The notes: generated from the sequence alone by a model not told the origin. A stretch of DNA of 64,000 nt from Fistulifera solaris (GCA_030295235.1 AP026123.1:1426001-1490000); one strand, 5' to 3'. Numbered from the stretch's first letter, positions 26,175 through 39,099 are shown. A program made the numbers and translations.

Positions 26175-29100
26175 ATGTCCTCAAAAAGTAATTCCGCGGC
26201 TAGTGGATCGGACAAGGTCGCTGCCAAAGCAGCAGTGGCTTCCAACACGACCGGCATTCAAGATAGTCTCATGCAGTGGGCTTGGATCGGAGCATACTCC
26301 TACGCCGCTTTTGTTGTTCTGAGGGCCGCTTATACCATACGTTTAGGAGCCATAGAATCATACGGGATTGTGATTCACGAATTCGACCCACAGTTCAATT
26401 ATCGATGCGCCGAAGTAAGTTGCAGCGTATTCGTCGTCCAATTTGTTGCTCTTGACGGCGATGTCGACGATCCATCGTAATCTCGTTGCCTGGATGACGA
26501 CTCGTCGCTCTTCGTGTGCGCGTCGGTGCCTGTGTTGGTTCTCCGTACTTTCTCACTCCCTCCTCTTTAGTATCTTTATGAGAACGGTGCCCAGCGCTTC
26601 TTCAAATGGTTTGATCATACGGTGTGGTATCCGCTTGGGCGACCTGTAGGGACCACGACCTATCCTGGAATGCAATTCACGGCTGTTTGGATCAAGAATT
26701 ATATAGCAAAAGCCATGCCTCTGCATGACATTTGTGTCTACATTCCTGTTTGGTTTGGAGTGATCGCTACTTTTGTCACCGGTATGATTGCGTACGAGGC
26801 CTCTTTGCCGGTAAATTCCTCAAAAAGTGCTGTCGACTTTCTTTTTGATTTGATTAACGGAACGAAGTCACCTCCTAAAGTTCCGGCGAATGCAGGTTGG
26901 GCCCCGACCTCTCCCGCTTTGGAATGCGCCGTGTTTACCATGGCGATGATGTCCATTCTGCCGGCGCACCTCATGAGAAGTATGGGTGGTGGCTTTGATA
27001 ATGAATCTGTGGCAATGACGGCGATGGTCAGCACCTTTTATTTTTGGATGAGGAGTCTGCGAGCTAACGACTCTAGATCCCATTGGTTTGGCATTGCAAC
27101 GGCTGTCGCCTATTTCTACATGGTTGCGACATGGGGGAGGCTACGTGTTCGTTTTGAATATGATTGGCGTTCACGCTGCCGCGTTGGTTTTCAGTGGACG
27201 ATTCGACGACAAAGTATACATGGCATATACTTTGTTTTACAGCATCGGAACTTTCCTCGCCATGCAGGTACCCGTCGTTGGATGGACACCGCTTAAGTCA
27301 CTGGAGCAGCTCGGGCCTCTTGCCATCTTTGGTCTCTATCAAGTTCTCTTCGTTGCAGATCGTATGGCGGCCGCAAAAACTTAAACCAGTTTGAGAAAAA
27401 CGTGTTCCGTGTAAAATTGGTGTGCGCCAGCGCGGCCGTGGCACTAGCTTTGGCCTTAGTTTTAGCGCCCTCGGGTTACTTTGGTCCGATCAGTTCTCGT
27501 GTTCGAGGTTTATTTGTGAAGCACACCAAGACGGGAAACCCACTCGTAGATTCAGTAGCGGAGCATCAGCAGGTTCGTCCCATTTCTCCTTTCGGTAATC
27601 TACGTTACTTAGCTTGCGCTCACTCTTTTCCGTTTCTTGCTACAGGCATCGGCAAGTGAAACTCAAGCACGATGAGTCACGGCAAAATTTCATTTCTCTC
27701 ATGTTTGTTCGCTTTCTTTTCACAGAGTCGTGCTTACTTCCAGTACCTACATCACGTATGTACCTTTGCGCCCATCGGTTATCTATTTGTTGCTGCTGTT
27801 GGATTGTCCGATTCTAGCTCGTTCTTGATCGTATGGGGAACCGCTGCTTATTTTTTCAGTCACAAAATGGTGCGTTTGATTTTGTTGACTGCCCCTATTG
27901 GATCGACCTTGGGCGGAATTGCTGCAGGACGAATCTTTGCTTGGTGTCTCAGGCAATGGTGGGAAGATCAACCCACTGGGAGCACGAGTAATGACCAGCA
28001 AGAGGGAGAAATGGATGCGAAGGTAGGGAAAAGGAAGAAGTCTAAAAAAGCTGGAGCCACGGCTAACTCCGGTAGTAGCTTTGATGGTATTTTGTCGTTG
28101 CAACAAGCTCTCCATTCCGCAGTAAAGACAAAGGAAGGAACGATTGCTTTGCGCACTGTATCAGCTGTGGTACTTATTTTGGGTTTCATGATCGGCAGCA
28201 GCTTCACTAGATACTGTTGGCTATTGAGACGGGATCTCTCCAGTCCGAGCATTATTACAAAAGCGAGGACACGTGATGGCAATATTATCACAGTTGATGA
28301 TTATCGCGAAGCATATTGGTGGCTTCGCGACAATACACCTGAGGATGCGCGGGTGATGGCGTGGTGGGACTATGGTTACCAAATTTCAGCCATTGCAAAT
28401 CGGACTACGATTGCCGATGGAAATACATGGAATCACGAGCACATCGCTCTTCTTGGAAAAACATTGACAACCGATCTCGACGAAGGTTGGAGTATTGCAC
28501 GTCACCTTGCTGATTACCTTTTAGTATGGGCAGGCGGCGGCGGCGATGACTTAGCAAAAAGCCCACACCTGGCTCGTATTGCAAATTCTGTTTACCGCGA
28601 TCATTGTCCTGACGACCCAACCTGCCGTGTCTTCGGATTTCTCGATCGTGAGGGGACCCCATCGGCCATGATGGGTCGCAGTTTGCTTTATCGACTCCAT
28701 AGCCACAAACTGAAGCCGGGCGTCGAAGCACCTGCTGATAAGTTCGAGGAAGTGTATCGTTCAAAGTATGGAAAGGTTCGCATCTTCAAAATATTAGGAG
28801 TCGATGAAGAGTCCAAAGAATGGGTCAAAGCAAATTACCAGTGCGATGCCCCTGGCTCATGGTTTTGTCCCGGTCAGTACCCTCCGGGCTTGAGCGAGAT
28901 TTTGTCAAAAAAGAAAGACTTTTCTCAGCTCGAGGACTTCAATAAGCGCCGGCAGTCGGGCGATAACGATGAATACACTAAGAAATATTTCGAGGACCTT
29001 CACGACCCAAACAAGGCTAAACAAAAAGTATTGGAGAAAGAAAGAAAGATGAAGCTTGAGGCTGCCGCAGCAACGAAAGATGGATCTAGCCGTAGCCCCG

Positions 29101-29414
29101 CGGAAGAAGCCGAGTACCAAGAACTGATAAAGAAGGTGTACAACACTTGGGATGATACGGATGACACTACCCGAATGTGGCAACTGATCAGTTCGAACAA
29201 TGTCGTTGATCTTAAGGCGTGGTTGGATGTGGAACCCCACAAAGCATTTATTCGGAGCAAGGACGGTCGAGGACCCATGTTCTGGGCTTTTGAACAAAGA
29301 AACGAGGAAATCACTAAGCTTTTGATGAAGGCAGGGGTACCACATACGGATCGCGACTCGCGAGGAATGACGCCTGGTGAGTTGCTGGAGGGAGAACCGA
29401 CCCGTGGTCAATAA
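26175..29414 (+). CDS. STT3: Oligosaccharyltransferase catalytic subunit STT3 with a C-terminal ankyrin-like extension
   Basis: IHEFDPQFNYR, WYPLGRPVG, GGFDNE, WGGYVF, SVAEHQ, WWDYGYQI, DGNTWN and DLAKSPHLARIA. Introns 26415-26570, 27573-27645 and 27652-27725. Frameshifts near 27135 and 27380. Confidence 0.97.
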
Positions 29415-29508
29415 TTCGTTACTAAGTAGGAAGCATTACCACGATTTTTACTTTAGTAGTCATTTCACTTGAAATATCTTGTTCTGTTCGAACTGAAACG
29501 ACCATAAT

Positions 29509-31757
29509 TCACCAAATATCCACTCGGGTTTCTTTTTCGCGATACATAGGCGAGCCAGGGCCAGCTGAGAAAGCATCATGGAAATCGGACATATTCTGCA
29601 GTGGTCCATTGCACCGCAGTTCGTTAGGCCCATGGGGATCCAATGTCAATAGTTGAAGAGATCGCTGCTCAGTTATATTCTGTCGCCAGCACTGAGCCCA
29701 GGCAAGAAAGAACCGTTGAATCGACGTAAATCCATCAATCTGAGCAGAAGGATCGAAATCTGGTTGGGACTTCAAGGCTCGAAGTGCAAGGCGAAGACCA
29801 CCAAGATCGGCTATATTCTCACCGCTCGTCAGTTTGCCCTGGACAGGCTTTCCATGGACTTGGAACCCACTCGCTTGATCGACCATTACTTTGACTCTCT
29901 TTTCGTACTCGGCACTATCTTCCTCCGTCCACCAATCGAGCAACTCGCCTTCGTAATTATATTTACGACCCTTATCATCGAAAGCGTGGGTCATTTCATG
30001 CCCAACAACCGCGCCCATCGCCCCGAAATTGACGCTGTCGTCAGCGTTGCTATCGAAAAAAGGGGGCTGCAAGATTGCGGCCGGGAAAACAATCTCGTTC
30101 AAGGATGGGGGATAATCTGCAATAAGTTAAGCATTGGTTACACTGAAATAATATCTCCTCTCCGTTTTCGAATCATTCATTACTTACAAGCATTCACAGT
30201 CTGGGGTGTCATGAACTACAAATATAGAAGAAATGCGAGTGAGGAACGATGTCAATCCATGATGAGAGCCACAAAGTAAAACGTACCCATTTTTCTCTAT
30301 CCGTCGGAGCATTCATCTCATCAACTTCTCGGGCGTGTTCGAAGGCACGAGACTGGAAAATCATTGTCATAAAATCATCGCTTTCTGTGATTTTCAGATT
30401 TGTGTAATCAATCCATTTATTCGGGTACCCTATCTTCACATGAAAACGAGACATTTTCTTCAAAGCCTGCTCTCTCGTCGTTGCCGACTTCATCCATTCG
30501 ACTTCATTGAGGCGTGCTTCGAGCGCTTGGCGCACGGCTTCAACGATTTTCAGAGCCTGAGTCTTACTGCTTTCATCAAAGTATCGCTTACAGTATATCT
30601 GCCCCAAAGCCTCACCCAAAGCCTTTTCTGTAAACGCCATAGCTCTTTTCCAACGGGGCTTCATTTCTTGCGTCCCGGACAGAGCCTTCTCAAAAAAGTT
30701 GAAATTCTCTTGAACGAAGGTCGAGCTCAAGTAGGGGGCACAGGACGTAATCGTATGCCACTTAAGGTACGACTCAATAATTCCAGGACTGGTTGTCACC
30801 GCCAAATCACCAACACAATGAAGTGCCGCAACGTTTCGAACGTTAATACTGCCAAGATCAGCTGCTGGTTTGCCGGTAGATCCTTCGAGATACGAACCAA
30901 AATCGAGCAACATTCCCTCAGCTTTCTCTTGCGCACCTTCCATGAGTTGGGTTATGGTCATTTTATTGTAGGTAGCATCGGGATCGCGATTCTCCGTGCG
31001 TGTCACGCCTGAGCGATTTTTCGTTCCAAATCCATCACATGCTCCGCTGCTTGAAGCGAGGCTTCGGTTGGATCGGTTGCGGACGGGTCCTCGAGTAGCG
31101 TCAGCATGAGAGCAATATGCTTTTGATAGGCATCCCGCTTGTCTTGCTTGTCTTCATTTAAGTAATAATCCCGATCGGGCAACCCCAATCCACCTTGACT
31201 GAAATTGCATAACGTATGACTGGCATTTTTGGCGTCGGGACTTGCACTCGTGTTGAAGAAAGGATAAATTCCGTACTTTGCCGGAAAGGTACCGAGCAAC
31301 TTGGAGTATTCGGCAATATCACCGTTTCGCAGCGCAGCCACCGCGGCTTGAATCATCTGCATCACCGGTTCCAGCGGTTGTACTCCCAAGGCTTCAATTT
31401 TCGCTTCATCCATGGCAGCTGTGTAAAAGATAGCTAACTTTCTTGCATTCTCATCGTCGTGTTGTTCCTTCTGCTGTAATTCTTGAAGAAGATCTTTGCA
31501 TCGCTCTTGAGAAGTAGTGTGCAATGCTAGAAAAGTATTCCATGCCGGATATTCCGGCGGAATGGGATTCTTTCCATCCATCCACCATTTGCGTAGCGAT
31601 AGAAATTGACCGTCGGATCGACCGATAATTCCATGTTGCTCCGCGATAATCCTTTGCCGGTCTCACAAACGCCGCAGAAGAGAGCGAATTCTCCTGTAGT
31701 AGACCAGGGATTGCTGCAGCAAGGGCATTTCATGGGCTGTTCGGTACTCAATGACAT
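29509..31757 (-). CDS. M13 (neprilysin/PepO-like) zinc endopeptidase
   Basis: NFYRYANGGW, GGLGLPDRDYY, KIGYP, VNA|YY, PAAILQPPFF, GHEMTHAFD and GENIADLGG. Introns 30216-30286 and 30117-30187. Frameshifts near 31580 and 31005. Confidence 0.95.
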
Positions 31758-31932
31758 GGTTTGTGATATTCGATAAGAGATACTTTAAGAAGTATTTGTT
31801 TACTTCTGACCACCTAGAGGTAAATGAGAAAACAAAAACAAAGATGTTGCAGTTTGCACATCCTTTGGTTTGCAGGTAAAAAATGAGGTCATTGACTGGT
31901 ACTTTACAATCTATAGCCATTTTTTCGTGAAT

Positions 31933-32480
31933 CCTTGAAATTTTACTATTACGCGGGGTGTTAGTTTACGCCAGCCGAAACTGGATTGTACAGTAGTCAT
32001 GAACCGAACAACAATGGGTTCCGTTTTGCGTCTCTCACATCCGTCCATTGTCATTCAATTGCGAATATAAAAATAACTACGGGTAAGTAAAGTGGCAACA
32101 AAGATGATTATGAACTACTTGTTAAAGAGTTTCTTTTATCTTCCCGTCGAAAATCCGAGGATCGACACCTTGAACTTCCACTATGCAACGGAGTGTTTAT
32201 TTACGTCGGCCAAGACTGGGATGTACAGTAGTCATGAACCGAACAACAATGGGTTCCGTTTTGCGTCTTTCGCAAGCGCATCCGTCCATTGTCATTCAAT
32301 TGCGAATATAGTCATAGTTACGGGTAGATAGAGTCGCAACAATGATGATTCTGACTACTTGTTAAGAGTTTCTTTTATTTTCACGTCGAAAATCCGAGGA
32401 TCGACACCTTGAATTTCTACTATCAAACGGAGTGTTAGTTTACGCCATCCAAGACTGGATTGTACAGTAGTCGTGAACCA
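31933..32480. repeat. Tandem repeat with a 235-239 bp unit, about 2.3 copies
   Basis: TGTACAGTAGTC(A/G)TGAACC recurs at 31987, 32222 and 32461. CATCCGTCCATTGTCATTCAATTGCGAATATA and CGTCGAAAATCCGAGGATCGACACCTTGAA each occur twice. Confidence 0.93.
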
Positions 32481-33542
32481 CAATTGTTTCATTTGTCGCG
32501 ATGCCTTTCACAAGAACAAAACGTCGCCTTTGACATCACAACAAAGCAATGTCGACTTCATTAGGCACCATGCATCATCCTTTGTTCGTCCTACTATACT
32601 GAATGAAATCAATAAACAGGTGTTTCTGCTTCGTTTTCTCTTTCACAGCGGCCAAAGCAACAATCAACCGTCAAACATCTTCTTTAAGTGTCACCTGTGG
32701 TCTATTCCCTGTTAATTGTTTATAGAAGCAGCAGTTTTTAAAGGAGTTACGTAACGATCTATAATCACTCACATTTTGTTGTGAATTTTGTAATGGTCGT
32801 ATTTTGCTCAATTTTTGGGCGTTGGAGACGTCCGACATATCGTTCGATTTCGTTTTTTTTCTAAGGAAGAATGTTGCTTTATTCTTTATTGTGTTTTATA
32901 CGCTAGGAAACACAAGTGTTTTTCACTATAACGGTTTATAGCAATTTTAACCCCCAAAAGGCGCATAGTGTTACTTTAACTTTACCACGACTGTATTCCA
33001 GTTTCCAGTCATGAATAGTTTTATCCTTCGGGCCAGCCTGTCATTAAGGCCGTACTGTAGCCGTAATGGACAATAGTAGCGGTGCAGTTGAATTTGAGCG
33101 GATTTGCAATACGATCCTTTTCTTTGCGTCGGAAAACCTTGCGGATCCAAGTGTAGATAGGATGTAGAGTCGCGATTGATTTCCAATCATGAATTGTTAA
33201 TTGTCATTATGTACTGTAGTGAGTACCGCTCAGTCACCTCGTTTCAACGGTTGAAAGCTCATGGCGAGCACGTACACGTACAGTAAGGCGTGCTTGTGCC
33301 AGTTGACACGAAAACAGTAAGACCGACCACCAGACAACAAAAGTGCCCCTTTGTCGTCATCTTTGACAATGGTGGCGATCCTTTTGATCCAAAACATCAA
33401 CAAAAGCATCCAAACGACATCTTACTTTGTTCGCCTTCCGTGTTTTGTGATCCGTTGATCGCACGAATCCGATTATAAACACGAACCAATACAGGGCAGT
33501 CATCGGTCAACCTCCTATCGCGCCCTCCATTCGCACAAGATC

Positions 33543-36500
33543 ATGGTGGTTCCCACTTCTTCGGATCAAAACAATAAATTAGACGGTGATTTAAGTAATT
33601 CTTCTTCGCAATCATGTCAAAATGACGCTACCGAAGACACAAAACTATCCAAACTTATTCAGAATCGAAAACTTGCTATCGAACAAGCCGACTCGGTCCT
33701 CGACGCGGTGGGCGGCGATCCGTATCTCGACGGCTTCAATTTACTCGGTGTCGTAGCCAATCCTCGTGGTACTGCGGCATCGCTCATGTCTACCAGTTTT
33801 CACGGAAGATATACACCGAGCGCCGGAACGAACGAAAGTACCACGACCGGAGGTGATGTCTTCACGGAGGCCTACAACTCCCTCGAAACGACTCTCACGT
33901 CTGTCACGGGGCAAATGGAAGTTTTAAATCTCATGTTGGAAGACTGGTCACGCCAAATTTTAGAGGATGATACCGATGCGCATGCGGATGGGATACCGGA
34001 GGCGCAGTTGCGCGAACTGCCCTCCGAAATGCAGAATCTCAATTTACAGTCCCTGCAAAATTATCTGGAGCGGTGTGGAGTCGCGGCACACGCGTTTCAA
34101 AACATTCTTTTGACCCGAAAACAGGAGAGATATCATTTGGAAGAGGGAAAGTCGTATAGTGTTGAGGGAGACACGGACGATGAAGCTTCATCGAGCGCAT
34201 TGCAAGAGATACCCGAGATCTTCTTTCAAGAAGAGTTCGATTTGACGGATCCGGAAACGTTTCGAAAGTTACTCATTGCTGTAGAGGACGAATCGGTAGC
34301 TTACGAAACAGGAAATGAGAGCAAATATGATACTACTCCCGTCTCAGACTGGTTTCCGCTTTTGGATCCCGATTCCTTTGGATCGTCGTTGGATAGGGTG
34401 GAATTGGCACTGTTGCAACAAGTTCGATCCAAATCATCGTCGTTCTTTGAGGAGAGCTTACGGTTTGCGAAACTTCAGGAATGGATTGAATCGTTACTAG
34501 TTGATATTGGCAGCCTTCAAATATCTGCGCAGTGTATTCAAGAAGACTTTCTAGATCCAATGGATATAGTACCGGGTGCCGATCAGCAACGGATGGATTT
34601 ACGGCGGTTATCGGTTGTACTTGACCGCATTGATGAAATTTTACGCAACCGTGACGCTATATCTGGAACAATATCTGATCAAGAAGACCTTTTGGCAATT
34701 GAACAAATTAACTTCAGTCGAAAACTTGTGGCTGGCAGCTTGCCTGGTCAAAGCGACGGAGTCCCAGCTGGTGATGAAAATGACACGAATACGGAATCGT
34801 TGTCACTGACCCGAGTTACTGCTCTCAAAACCGTTTCCGATGATTTGAACCAGTATGAACAACTGGTTGTAAGCAACCTGAGCGAAGAACTTCTTGAAAT
34901 ATTTATCGGATGGAATGCAGGTACTGGCACTTCTGTTTACTCCGTAAATGGAAGCAGCAACGGGAAAGCTTCACAGAATGTAAAAGAGCGAGCCCTTGAA
35001 ATTATCAATGCACTGCAGAATTGTGATGAAGGCTTAAAGAAAACGATAGCTGCCTACAGCAACCGTCTTCAAGATATGATCCGAATGACTGTTCGCACAA
35101 TGGTTTCTGAATTCGCTTCAGACGGCACTTCCGCATCGTCTGGAACAGCCACACTTTCATTATCGACAGGAGCAACGGCCATGAGCTTTCAAAGTTTCTT
35201 AAACTGCTTGGATATGCTCTTTGAGCAATTGCTGGCATTGCTGACGTCCGTTTCTGGTGTCAATGAGTTTTGCATAGAAAATGGAATCTCTGACACGGGT
35301 TGCAGTAACGATATAAAGGTTCAAGAAATGAATGGATCTCAACACGCGGACGCTGAGGAGGCAGAGGCATCATCGCCTATGGGAGAAGTAATTGCAGCTG
35401 CGACGGAACTGTGTTCAAAATCTATTTCAGAGCTTTTGCGCCTTCGCAAAGAAGCTCACTCCTTGATTTCACTTGACGAGATGAAACTAATGTGGGGTGC
35501 GTGTCAACAATTTACGTTACGAATTGAAGGGATGAGCGGTCATGGTTCTGCATTAAGAAGTACTCTTATGGCACAAGCAAAAGCTTTCGTCGAACGAAAA
35601 CACGAAAGTAACATGTCCGCCTTAGCCGCTGCTTTGGATTCTGAAAAGTGGACTCAATGTGAAGTTAGCAGCGAGCGACAGGAGGCTATAACTCGACTTT
35701 GCACGGGGCGCTCCGTCGTTACGACACCCAAGAAAAGCAACTCATTTTCGACTATCGCAAATGATGCTCCAACCAAAAACCCTGAAGTAGAAGTTGAAGG
35801 CAAAAACTACAAAGTCGTTTGGTCATGTCTCTTGCTAGTCGAGATGATTACCATCAATATCGCTGCAGCAACTCATTTTTCGAGCCTATCGTCTGGAATT
35901 GTGGGAAAAGTGGCAGAACTGTTGCGTCTCTTCAACTCAAGAACAACTCACCTTGTCCTAGGAGCCGGTGCCATGAATTCAAACGCGAAGTTAAAGTCAA
36001 TTAACGCAAGACATTTGTCGTTGGTGACGCATTGCGTGGGATTTATCATCTCTCTACTTCCGCACATGAGGGCAGCGCTGATGGCGCATATGCCAAAAAA
36101 AGCAACACACGTTACTGAATGACTTAGATCAGATCAAGAAAGAGTTTGTCGAGCACAACGAAAATGTTCTTAACAAGTTTGTCAGCATCCTGGGCGGTAT
36201 TGTTGAAAATAACCTTGCCAAGACTGTGGCTGGCACTGACTTTGACGCGAGAGGATTGGAGCCTGTTTCTGAGCCGTTGACATGTTGCGTATTTCTGGAC
36301 GGTGTTTCAACGAACACAAAGCGAATGCACCAAGTTTTGGCAGCGTTCCTATCACCGGATCATTTAAGGGATGTTTTCGCCCGCATTTTCGCCTACATTG
36401 ACACGAAAGTGCCATCGCTGTTGATAAGTGCGTCAGAAAGCGAGGACCAAAATTTCTCGTTCCCTAGTACAGATGAAGGGAAGAGTCGTTTATTGTTGGA

Positions 36501-36912
36501 AGTGCAGACAATGATTGATGCACTCAACGGACTGGACGGAGTGCTACCTTGGGAGTTCACTGCAGTTAAAGAGCTCGGGCGACAAATGGAGTATAAGTTA
36601 GAAAACGGGGAAGACGACGAGCTAAATTCAATTTCTTTGCCCGAACAATCGACAGTTACAGCGAGCAGTCCACAAGAACAGACCCCCGAGGCTACGAGTG
36701 TAACAAATGGCGTTGACGAAGAAGAGACTCCCGAAGCATCGATCGACGCGGTGGAAAATGCTCCTAGCACGGTGAGTACTTCCGATTAATCCGTCGAGCC
36801 AGCAGAAGATTCAATCGAGCATCCCGCTATGACCAACACGTCTCAAGAAGAATCAGCCGAATCATCATTGGCAGGATCGCCGGAAGACCCTACTCCGCCT
36901 GAAGAGACATGA
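33543..36912 (+). CDS. VPS54: GARP complex subunit VPS54
   Basis: IPEIFFQEEFDLTDP, LDRVELALLQQV..SSFF, LDSEKWTQ and ELLRLFNSRTTHLVLGAGAM..LKSINARHLSL. Frameshifts in the A-run near 36095 and near 36787. Confidence 0.92.
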
Positions 36913-37668
36913 TTTAGAGTAAGCAACGTGTTCATCTTGCGCATAAAATAAGTGGCTACCATAGCAAGGCTTCGCTCGTGCTTGCAAACAACTATTCATC
37001 TCTCGTTATCATTGCATAGTTGTGTTTTCATTACATCTATTTCTACTTAAACAGAGCATGGCGAATTAATGTCAAAATGGAAATTAGTCGTGAAGAGACA
37101 AGAAGCTAACAGTCGTTCTGTATTTGGGTCCGCTATCGAGAAGTATGATTTTTTCGTCGAAGTCGATTCTAATTATGGTCCTGCTTCGCCCGAAATGATA
37201 GCGAGCCTATTCGGTAAGAAGAAAGGAGATACTGTAGATACTTGCGTATCTGCTTCTCGAGCTAACCGAGCCCCAAGGCACAGAATACTAAAACCGTGAT
37301 CGATGACAATCCGGGACGATCTTTCAAGACGAGATTCGTTTCTAAGTCTCTTTGAAGATAGTCCGTACTATGTATTTAGTCTTCTCTAAAGGAAATATTG
37401 ATAAATATTTATTCTTTAGTTGTTTTATTATTTATCCATTACCGGAGCATTTAATATAACTCAAGACTGAAATCCAGTCATGGCGAAAACGAACAACACC
37501 TTGAGCCTATAGTATTTCATCCTTTCAAATAAATAAATTCGAACCTTTCAATAAAAACGTTGCACAATGTTTCACGTGTATTATAATCGATGCTCCTCAA
37601 CATGGGCTCAAAAGTTACAAACCATCACAATTGAGAGCTTTCATTTTACAATCAAAGAAGACTAGATT

Positions 37669-39099
37669 ATGAACTGCACCAAATTGAATAGCCGCAATGG
37701 TGGTTACATTCGTAAATTCGCTGTCCTTCTATTACTGCTGATATCAACGACGACTCTTCCGACAGCCGTCGCCGTCGAAGCGAAATGGACTCCGAATGAT
37801 GAGTCGTCTCAACCGTTACCCCAGTCTATGAAACAAAGAGAACAACTGTTAGAATTAGAAAATGCTATTCGCTCCTCACCCAATCCAGAAGAGACTCTGG
37901 TTCGCGTGGCTGAAGCCAATCAAATGGAACCCAAGGATTTGTGGGATTTACTGTCACGCAATCGGCAGGACCTCGAGGCCGCCGGAGTGTTGACAGGAAA
38001 TTCTACCGGGGGTAGGAGAAATTTGATTTGGAAAGTTGTTTCGTCGGTGGTCGCTGTAACCGTGAACTCGGCTCGGAAAAATCCGCGATCTTTCCTGTTG
38101 ACGGTCACTGCCCTCAGTTTCATCGTATTTGCCGCCATATCGGCGCCTCGTACGGGTCTCGTGATTTCCAATCAACGTCATTTACTCTCCCGTGGACCAA
38201 CAACCATGTGGAAGCCACCAACTGCTTATATTCATGCCTTTTTGGAATCCAGATCGGGATTGAGTGTCAAAGCCTCTAATGTGTTTCCGGATCTGTCGCA
38301 AGTCCTCGACGGTACCACGGATCCGGTTTGGCACAAATTTACAAAAGCAGAGACTTCTGACCTGAGACATGTTGCCTGTGTTCAGTCTGTCATAGATCCA
38401 TCGGATTTCGTAGAAAGCGACGGAGAAGACGAAGATGACGACGACATTGCGGAATATGTCATGGAGCTTCTCATGGACCATGCCTCGCAAACGATGACTT
38501 CATTAGAATTAACCGAATTTGTAGAACCAGAGGGTTCACTTCGAAACGTCGTGGCTCCGGGTAGGAAAAAGACGGCGTTGATTGTGTCTCGCCTCGGTGA
38601 CTGGGGCCGTTTTGGATTACAACCGCTGCTCGTTACGCACATGGAATCGTCCACAAACGAAGAAGAGCAAGAAGAAGAAATGGAATTGACTTTGGGAACG
38701 ATGAAAGGAGGTCATTTTGATGGATACATTCAGATAGGAGTTCGCTTGAAGGATTCTACCTTGACACTTCAGACTGCCATGTATTTTCCGAAAAGTGGCA
38801 AAGCGTTAAGCCAGTCGGTCGCACTACGAATAGTAGAGCAGCTCAATGCTTCTCTGGAAAAGTCTATGCGCACCCGGACAAAGCAATCTTTAGCTCGGAG
38901 GTCGCAATCATCGAATCTGTCGGGATCCGCGCGTCGTCAAGCACTGAAACGGCGCCATTCTCGATTCGCCAAGGAGCAAGCCATGGAAGAAATGGCCGCG
39001 GAGCGACGACGGAGGTGGCAACGATCCAATCCGAATTCGGGTAGCTATCGGCCCAGTGGAGATCGCATGCGTAGCCCGAATAATGCTATTTATAAATAA
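37669..39099 (+). CDS. Hypothetical secretory/membrane protein (476 aa)
   Basis: Intact ORF with a signal-like hydrophobic N-terminus, an internal TM segment and a basic C-terminal helix. Confidence 0.8.
   Translation: MNCTKLNSRNGGYIRKFAVLLLLLISTTTLPTAVAVEAKWTPNDESSQPLPQSMKQREQLLELENAIRSSPNPEETLVRVAEANQMEPKDLWDLLSRNRQDLEAAGVLTGNSTGGRRNLIWKVVSSVVAVTVNSARKNPRSFLLTVTALSFIVFAAISAPRTGLVISNQRHLLSRGPTTMWKPPTAYIHAFLESRSGLSVKASNVFPDLSQVLDGTTDPVWHKFTKAETSDLRHVACVQSVIDPSDFVESDGEDEDDDDIAEYVMELLMDHASQTMTSLELTEFVEPEGSLRNVVAPGRKKTALIVSRLGDWGRFGLQPLLVTHMESSTNEEEQEEEMELTLGTMKGGHFDGYIQIGVRLKDSTLTLQTAMYFPKSGKALSQSVALRIVEQLNASLEKSMRTRTKQSLARRSQSSNLSGSARRQALKRRHSRFAKEQAMEEMAAERRRRWQRSNPNSGSYRPSGDRMRSPNNAIYK

Noticed and set aside
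29653..31012. Plus-strand ORFs of 208 and 225 aa
   Set aside because: Antisense to the well-supported M13 peptidase, with no recognisable motifs.
37069..37299. 76 aa ORF downstream of VPS54
   Set aside because: Short, with no motifs and no supporting splice structure.
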